NCBI GenBank assembly: GCA_001275005.1
Contig: JWZX01003347.1
Span: forward strand, 1-49,306
Length of the DNA stretch: 49,306 nt
Reading direction: 5' to 3'
From: Chrysochromulina tobinii
Lineage: Eukaryota
Positions 43,812 to 49,306 of the stretch are shown here, in pieces. The position numbers and the translations under genes were made by a program. Position 1 is the first letter of the stretch. Each line of letters starts with the position of its first letter. A model generated the notes under the pieces. It saw nothing but the letters and a program-made list of their open reading frames with translations, searched no databases and was not told the DNA's origin.

Positions 43812-44534
43812 ATGTTGGTGCCCTACGCCGCAGTCGCCTCGCCCTCGGGCGAGGTGCTCGTCGAGCACCGCGCACGCTCGGGCAACGCCGACGAGATCGC
43901 CGCACGCATCCTCCGCCGGCTGACGCGCGAAGGCACGGCGGCGGGGCGGCGCTCCTTTTCGATGCCCGAGCAGGGTTTCACATTTCGGATCGCGTGGGGT
44001 GCCGGTGGCGGCCAGGCCTTTGTTTGCATGGAGCGCGGCGTGGGCGAGCCGGGCGCGTGGCGACTGCTCGGCCGCATGCGCCAACGCTGGGAGCAGCGCT
44101 TCGGACCAGGCGCCACCGCCGTGTCAGCGCATGCTGCCTCGCCGTTTGCCTCGGTGCTGGCAGAGGTGTGTGCACGGCCCGAGGCGGCAGCTGATGGCGG
44201 TGGCGCCGAGGACGAGCTGAGCGTCGTGAACCAGCAGCTTGAGCAGGTGCGCACAGTGATGGCCGATTCGATCGAGAAAGTCCTCGAGCGTGGTGAGCGC
44301 ATCGAGCTGCTCGTCGAGCGCGCCGATCGGCTCGAGGCGAACGCTGTCCAATTCTCGAAGGGCTCGACGCATCTGCGCAGGAACATGCAGTGGCAGGCAC
44401 GCAAGTTCTACGCGTATGTCGGCGGCGCCATTGCCGTCGCATTCATCCTGCTGGCTTGTACGTACTGCGACGGGCCGACTCTCTCTGGCTGTAGGCGAGG
44501 TGCCGCTGGGCCGGTGGGCTTCGTCCCTGTTTGA
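43812..44534 (+). CDS. VAMP7: Longin R-SNARE, vesicle-associated membrane protein 7 family
   Basis: N-terminal longin domain (YAAVA..VLVEH..GNA..IA.RIL), synaptobrevin motif VRTVMADSIEKVLERGERIELLVERADRL, C-terminal TM. Confidence 0.92.
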   Translation: MLVPYAAVASPSGEVLVEHRARSGNADEIAARILRRLTREGTAAGRRSFSMPEQGFTFRIAWGAGGGQAFVCMERGVGEPGAWRLLGRMRQRWEQRFGPGATAVSAHAASPFASVLAEVCARPEAAADGGGAEDELSVVNQQLEQVRTVMADSIEKVLERGERIELLVERADRLEANAVQFSKGSTHLRRNMQWQARKFYAYVGGAIAVAFILLACTYCDGPTLSGCRRGAAGPVGFVPV

Positions 44535-45357
44535 TTAACGCTGAAACACGCCTGGACGGGCTGCGACAGATCGACCCCGCGTGAGACGGACGAGCTCGCG
44601 TGAGTAACAACGCCTTGCATTTGGTCGGGAGCGTACGGCGCACTCGCGGACACGCTGCGCGGAGGACCTCCTTCGACGAGAGAAACTACGCAACGCTTCC
44701 GGGGCTTCCAGATTCGATTCCTCGTTGGATGGGACGCCAATGTTGGTTTGGGTGGCGAGGCCCCATCGTTGCAACCGCGCGCATGGCACGGGGGAGAACT
44801 TGTTTCGGATGAGAAATAGTCCAAATTTCGCACGGATACTTTTAATCAAGCGATGAGTAACCAACCCTGCAGGGCCTCGTCGGCTCGGTCTCCCTCACAC
44901 CGCTCGGGAGGGGGGAGGCACGCACACGGCACAGCACGTCGCACCACGTGTGTCAACTCCGGACGCTCCAACTCGGACCGCCGACTGCAACACTGACGAA
45001 TGACACCCTGCAGCGCGTCGGGCGCGGCCCCTCATCTCTGTCACACGCGAGGAACTCTCGAACAAGGCCCCCACATCTCATTGCATGTCCCGCCTTTGCT
45101 TGTACACCTCCCTTGTACGCGCACCATCGCACCTGCCTCTGCCTCTTTCCGACAGCCCCCACTCTCCACCAGGCCCGCGCCAGCACCGCCGCTGCTGCTG
45201 CTGTGGAAGGCCGTTGTGGAAGGCCTCGAGCCGTTGGCGGGCTGTGGAAGGCCTCGAGCCGTTGGCGGGAACGCCGATCGACTGACCACGACGGCGCTCC
45301 AACGGCCTGAGCCCGCGCTCGTATGGTGCTCATCTCGGCGCGCCGCTCGTATGGTGC

Positions 45358-46105
45358 TCATCTCGGCGCGTCGGCCGCACGTCGCCGAGCGCTCACGCGG
45401 CGCCCGAGGGCTGGGCAGGTGCCGTGGGCGCCATCGTGGGCGCCATCGTGGGCGCCATCGTGGGCGCCATTGTGGGCGCTGCGACCACGCCGGCCAGCAG
45501 CAGCCGCGGCGGCAGCTGCAGTGGCGGTGGCGGCGGCAGCGGTGGCGGTGGCATCGGCGGCGGCTGCGGCTGCGGCGGTGGTGCCTGTGCTGCCACCGCC
45601 ACCGCCAGAGCCGCCGCTGCCCACCACGGCGCCGGTGGCAGCGCCCGTTACGGCGCCGCTGCCGGTACCGCTGCCGCTGCTGCTAGCTCGTGGCCTGAGA
45701 GAGCCTAAGCGCATCTCGAGTTGGCTCCGCGGTTCGTCAATTTCGTCACTGCACCGGATGCTCCCGGCGCTGGCTGCGGCTACAGCGGCCGCCGCGGCCG
45801 TGCTGGCAGCCTCCTCAGCGTCGGTGCCCAAGACGGCGCCGCTCCGACGAGGCGCCGTCTTGGGCGCCGCTGAGCTGGCAGCCTCCTCAGCGTCGGTGCC
45901 GGCGTCAAGGGCTTGAGAGCGCTCGAGATAGCGCTTACGCTTCTTACCCGCGCGCGCGTCGTGCGACCGAGCCGCATTATCGTCGCCGTCGGCGGGAGGT
46001 TGCCTAATTAGGCCAGTCTCGGCGGGTGCGCTGGGCACGTTCTCGCCCAGAAGCGCGGGCGGCGCTGCCGCATCGTTGCGCAGTTGCTGTTCCGGATACT
46101 GCTGC

Positions 46106-46143
<38 letters not shown>

Positions 46144-48756
46144 CGCCTCGTGTGCTAAGCGCTCGCGTAGCGCGCTCATCGTGCGCATGATGCGCAAATG
46201 CTCGCGCTCCGGCCACTCCCGAATGAGAGTCCGGACCGTCATAGAGCTCATCACGCGGGAGTGGGCCATCTCCTCGTTGGTCATCGGAGAGCGACGGCTC
46301 TCACTCAAGTGGCGCTCGATGGCGTTCCGCTCGTATGTGTACCCGTCGGCGGCCACGACTGGATCACGCATCACCTCGAGCGTGATCGCGCACTTGAACT
46401 CCCCGGGCATCTCGGACAGTTCCGCGGGCGCACCGACCGCGCACCGCTCGGCACGACGCTTGGCCTCAGCTTCGGCTTCGTCAAGGGCGTTGCGACCGCC
46501 ACGCAGTGCCACGTCGAAGGCGGGAGAGCGCCCCGCCACCTGCGCCATCAGAGGTCATCAGAGGTCATATCCGAGGTCATATCAGAGGTCATCAGAGGTC
46601 ATCAGAGGTCATCAGAGGTCATCAGAGGTCATCAGAGGTCATATCAGAGGTCATCAAAGGTCATCAGACGTCATCTGAGGTCATCTGAGGTCATCAGAGG
46701 TAATCCGAGGTCATCCGAGGTCATCCAAGGAGAGTGCCCCGTCACCTGCGCCACAGCCTCAAGGGAGCGTTGCACCGCCACACGCAGAGCGTCGACGTTC
46801 CCATCGGCATCGTCGATGGTCGTGGCGAGCAGGTCCCCCAGCCTCTCTCGATGCTCATCGAGCTGCCCAGTCTCGAAGGCCGGGGAGTCGGTGCCCACGA
46901 GCAGCAGAGCGGCACGCAGCTCAGGCGCCGTCGTCGCACGCTCGAGCCTCTCCAGGATGGCCGCCCGGGCGGCCTCCTGGGCGCGTACCGCGGCGAGCCG
47001 AGCCTCGGCTCTGAGGATTCGAGACCTCTCGACCTGCCAAATTTGGGCCAATTCGGAGGTTTCGTCAGATGCACTCGGATGCACTCAGATGCACTCAGAT
47101 GCACTCAGATGCATTCAGATGCACTCAGATGCACTCATATGCACTCATATGCACTCAGATGCACTCAGATGCACTCAGATGCATTCAGATGCACTCAGAT
47201 GCACTCAGATGCACTCATATGCACTCATATGCAAGCTCTCTACCTTGGCCTGGCGTGCCTGCCGGATGGCCACCTCGAGGCCATCACCCACCGCGTTGCT
47301 CTCCGCCAGCGTGAGCGCTTCGAGCGCCGTGCGCCTGCGCAGCTGTGGCAGCATGCCTCGGGCGCGCAAGAGCAATGCGTGGTCACATGGGACTGGGCAG
47401 GCATGCGCTGCCTCGAGCGCCGTCTCGAGCACGAGGAGGAGCGCGGAGGCGGCGGCGGTCATCGCTCCGCCCACACGCAGCGCAGCCACCTTGGAGTCGA
47501 TGCCGTGGTCGTGATTGGAATGGATCTCGACGCGAACACGGTCCGCGCTCCCCGCCTCCGCTGCGGTGAGAAGTGTGACCCATCCTTCAGTCAGAGAGAG
47601 CGCGACGACCTTAGTGGGAGTCCATCGAGTGGTCTCGTCCGCCCCGGTGCGTGTGAGCAGCAGCAGGCGCGAAGGCGAGTAGTTGTCGAAATCCTTGACA
47701 TGGAGATCGATCGCGCCAAGCGGCCAGCCAGGGCGGGGCGAGGCGAGCTCAATCCAGTGCTGGCCCGACTGCCCACTCGATTGCCAATAAGTCTCGAGCT
47801 GCGCGGGAGCGAGGGGAGCACATAGGGAGCACAGGGAGGTCAGCATAGCGAGGTCAACGCAGCTAGGGCAGTGGTGGAGCCCGGGCTCTGATGTGCGGCA
47901 GCGAGCTCGCAGCTCGAGCTCGCGATCTCGCCACGAGCTCGCCGACTTCACCTTGCCATCGAGGAGATTGGAAGCTTGATGGCGGCCGTCCGTCGACGAG
48001 ACCGTCACGGTCGGCTCGAGCAGCCACGGCCGAGGGCCTCGCCAGCCGAGCAGCGCCGATGTGGTGGAGGAGGCCGCCGTCGCCGCGCCACCGTCGCCGC
48101 CGCCGACAGTCGCGCCGGACGCGGCGGCGCTGCTTGCGGCGCCCAAAGCGGTGGCGGCGGCGGCGGCGGCGGCGGCTGCGCCGTTGCCGCCCGAGATGCC
48201 CAAGGCGGCCTCGATGACCTCGACCGCGTCGAGCAGCGGCGTCTCGACCATCGCTCGCTGCACCGCGACCAGTTTCGAGCGCGCCTCGTGCAGGACCGAT
48301 GCGGCGACGGTGCCACAGCTCTCGGCGGCCTCGAGCGTGCGCTGCAGCAGGCCGACGGGGTCGTCGATCACGCGCTCGATTTCTGGTACCTTGCCGTGCC
48401 AGTTGTTGTGGCCCGGGAAGTCCACGTCGCACCGCTCGCCGTCCATGCGCACCACCCTGCCCACACTCGTCGAGCGCACGTTGCCCCAGCCGAGCGATGG
48501 GATTACACCGGGCCGCACGCGCACCCGGTCGCCCACCTTCAACGGCGCCGCATCGGTGCAATCGCTACCGTTGATGAGGGTATGCACCATGGCCATCGCC
48601 TGCGGCGCGCGCGCAGCAGTCAGCGAGGGGGAACCTTTTCTGGAAGGAGATGGGTGCGAGGGGCGTGGGCACCTCGAGCAGCGACTTCTCGGCTTCAGAT
48701 ACGGAAGGAGGCACCGCACGGCGCCCTCGGGAGGACCGAGTTTGGCCGGATGGCAT
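45358..48756 (-). CDS. U-box E3 ubiquitin ligase with CPH (Cul7/PARC/HERC2-like SH3-fold) and APC10/DOC domains
   Basis: Exons 48756-48673, 48599-47952, 47798-47244, 47033-46746 and 46539-45358, all GT-AG and phase 0. Motifs LKVGDRVRV..GWG.V...VG.V..VDFP..W.G; NLLDG|LETYWQSSG..HWIEL..GIDSKV; FKCAITLEVMRDPVVAADGYTYERNAI..SPMTN. Confidence 0.85.
46547..46725. repeat. Intronic decamer satellite (ATCAGAGGTC)n
   Basis: About 17 degenerate units inside intron 46745-46540. Confidence 0.95.
47065..47233. repeat. Intronic decamer satellite (GATGCACTCA)n
   Basis: About 16 units inside intron 47243-47034. Confidence 0.95.
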
Positions 48757-48888
48757 CGGATGCGTCCTGTACGTGCCTCTCACCGCGACGGGCCCCAGGG
48801 CCTCTCCTGCGAAAGCGAATAACGCAGACTAGCGATGTTTCGGACGAAACCCTAGTTACTTTACAAACTAAAACTTCAAATTATGCTC

Positions 48889-49306
48889 TTACATTTCATC
48901 ATCGTCCTGCGGCTCATCCTCCGCGTCGTCGTCCAGCAGCACCGCCTCGCCCAACGTCGCGTCGTTTAAATCAAGCTTCTCGTCCTCCAAATCGCCGTCA
49001 TCCTCATCGTCCTCCACGCCGCCGTCGCCGTCTTCATCGTACTCATCTTCTTCATGGGCGATCCCCGGAATGGGAAGCCACGGTGAAGAGGCCGCGAAGG
49101 TGCCCGCGCTTGCAGGCAGGATCGTCACAGGCGGCGGCGGGGGGCCACGACGGCGCCCGGAGACCGTCGACTGTCCTGCCGCTGCACCTGTCGCGTCCGC
49201 CTCCGCCATCTCAGCCAACCCCGTCGCCTCCGCCATCCCTGCCGCTCCCGTTGCCTCGTCCTCCAAGAGTTCGGGCTGCCGGCAATGGGCTTCGTCGGTT
49301 TCGTCC
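48889..49306 (-). CDS. 3' end of an uncharacterised gene with an acidic tail (runs off the window)
   Basis: Open frame ending ...DEPQDDDEM*, Asp/Glu-rich, no recognisable domain. Confidence 0.45.
   Translation of the reverse strand, partial: DETDEAHCRQPELLEDEATGAAGMAEATGLAEMAEADATGAAAGQSTVSGRRRGPPPPPVTILPASAGTFAASSPWLPIPGIAHEEDEYDEDGDGGVEDDEDDGDLEDEKLDLNDATLGEAVLLDDDAEDEPQDDDEM

Noticed and set aside
44835..44872. hAT-like terminus (CAGGGTTGG on the minus strand)
   Set aside because: No matching second terminal repeat or target-site duplication found in the window.
46076..47514. Poly-Cys ORF and HQRSSEVIRG / CTQMHSDALR repeat proteins
   Set aside because: They are the antisense of a poly-Gln tract and translations of intronic decamer satellites.

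Overview
GC-rich, gene-dense eukaryotic nuclear DNA with spliceosomal GT-AG and some GC-AG introns. It is most consistent with a haptophyte alga (Chrysochromulina/Prymnesiales-like); this is inferred from composition, intron style and gene architecture, not from a search. About 14 protein-coding loci are present: a PARP-like/vWA-like giant gene, a ~2,900-aa secreted type-I membrane polyprotein, two stand-alone EF-hand proteins, a degenerate ART-like protein, an EEP nuclease/phosphatase-like protein, an amino-acid transporter, an RluE-like pseudouridine synthase, a fucosyltransferase-like protein, an EF-hand/WW/acyltransferase/C2 mosaic, a SAM-ankyrin protein, VAMP7, a CPH-DOC-U-box E3 ligase and a truncated acidic ORF. 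The most striking item is the minus-strand gene 7855-18250. It joins a bacterial-type reprolysin (M12B-like) zinc protease, a kexin/furin-like S8 protease with P domain, an FAD amine oxidase, SbsA/Big_5-like Ig domains and a TM anchor, and is punctuated by RR(x)L motifs. The S8+oxidase cassette sits between ~85-nt direct repeats inside a split Ig domain. A second recurring signal is introns carrying copies of their own flanking exon sequence plus a shared decamer satellite or a dispersed ~25-nt motif, which suggests a duplication-linked intron-gain process. No rRNA, tRNA or CRISPR array was seen.
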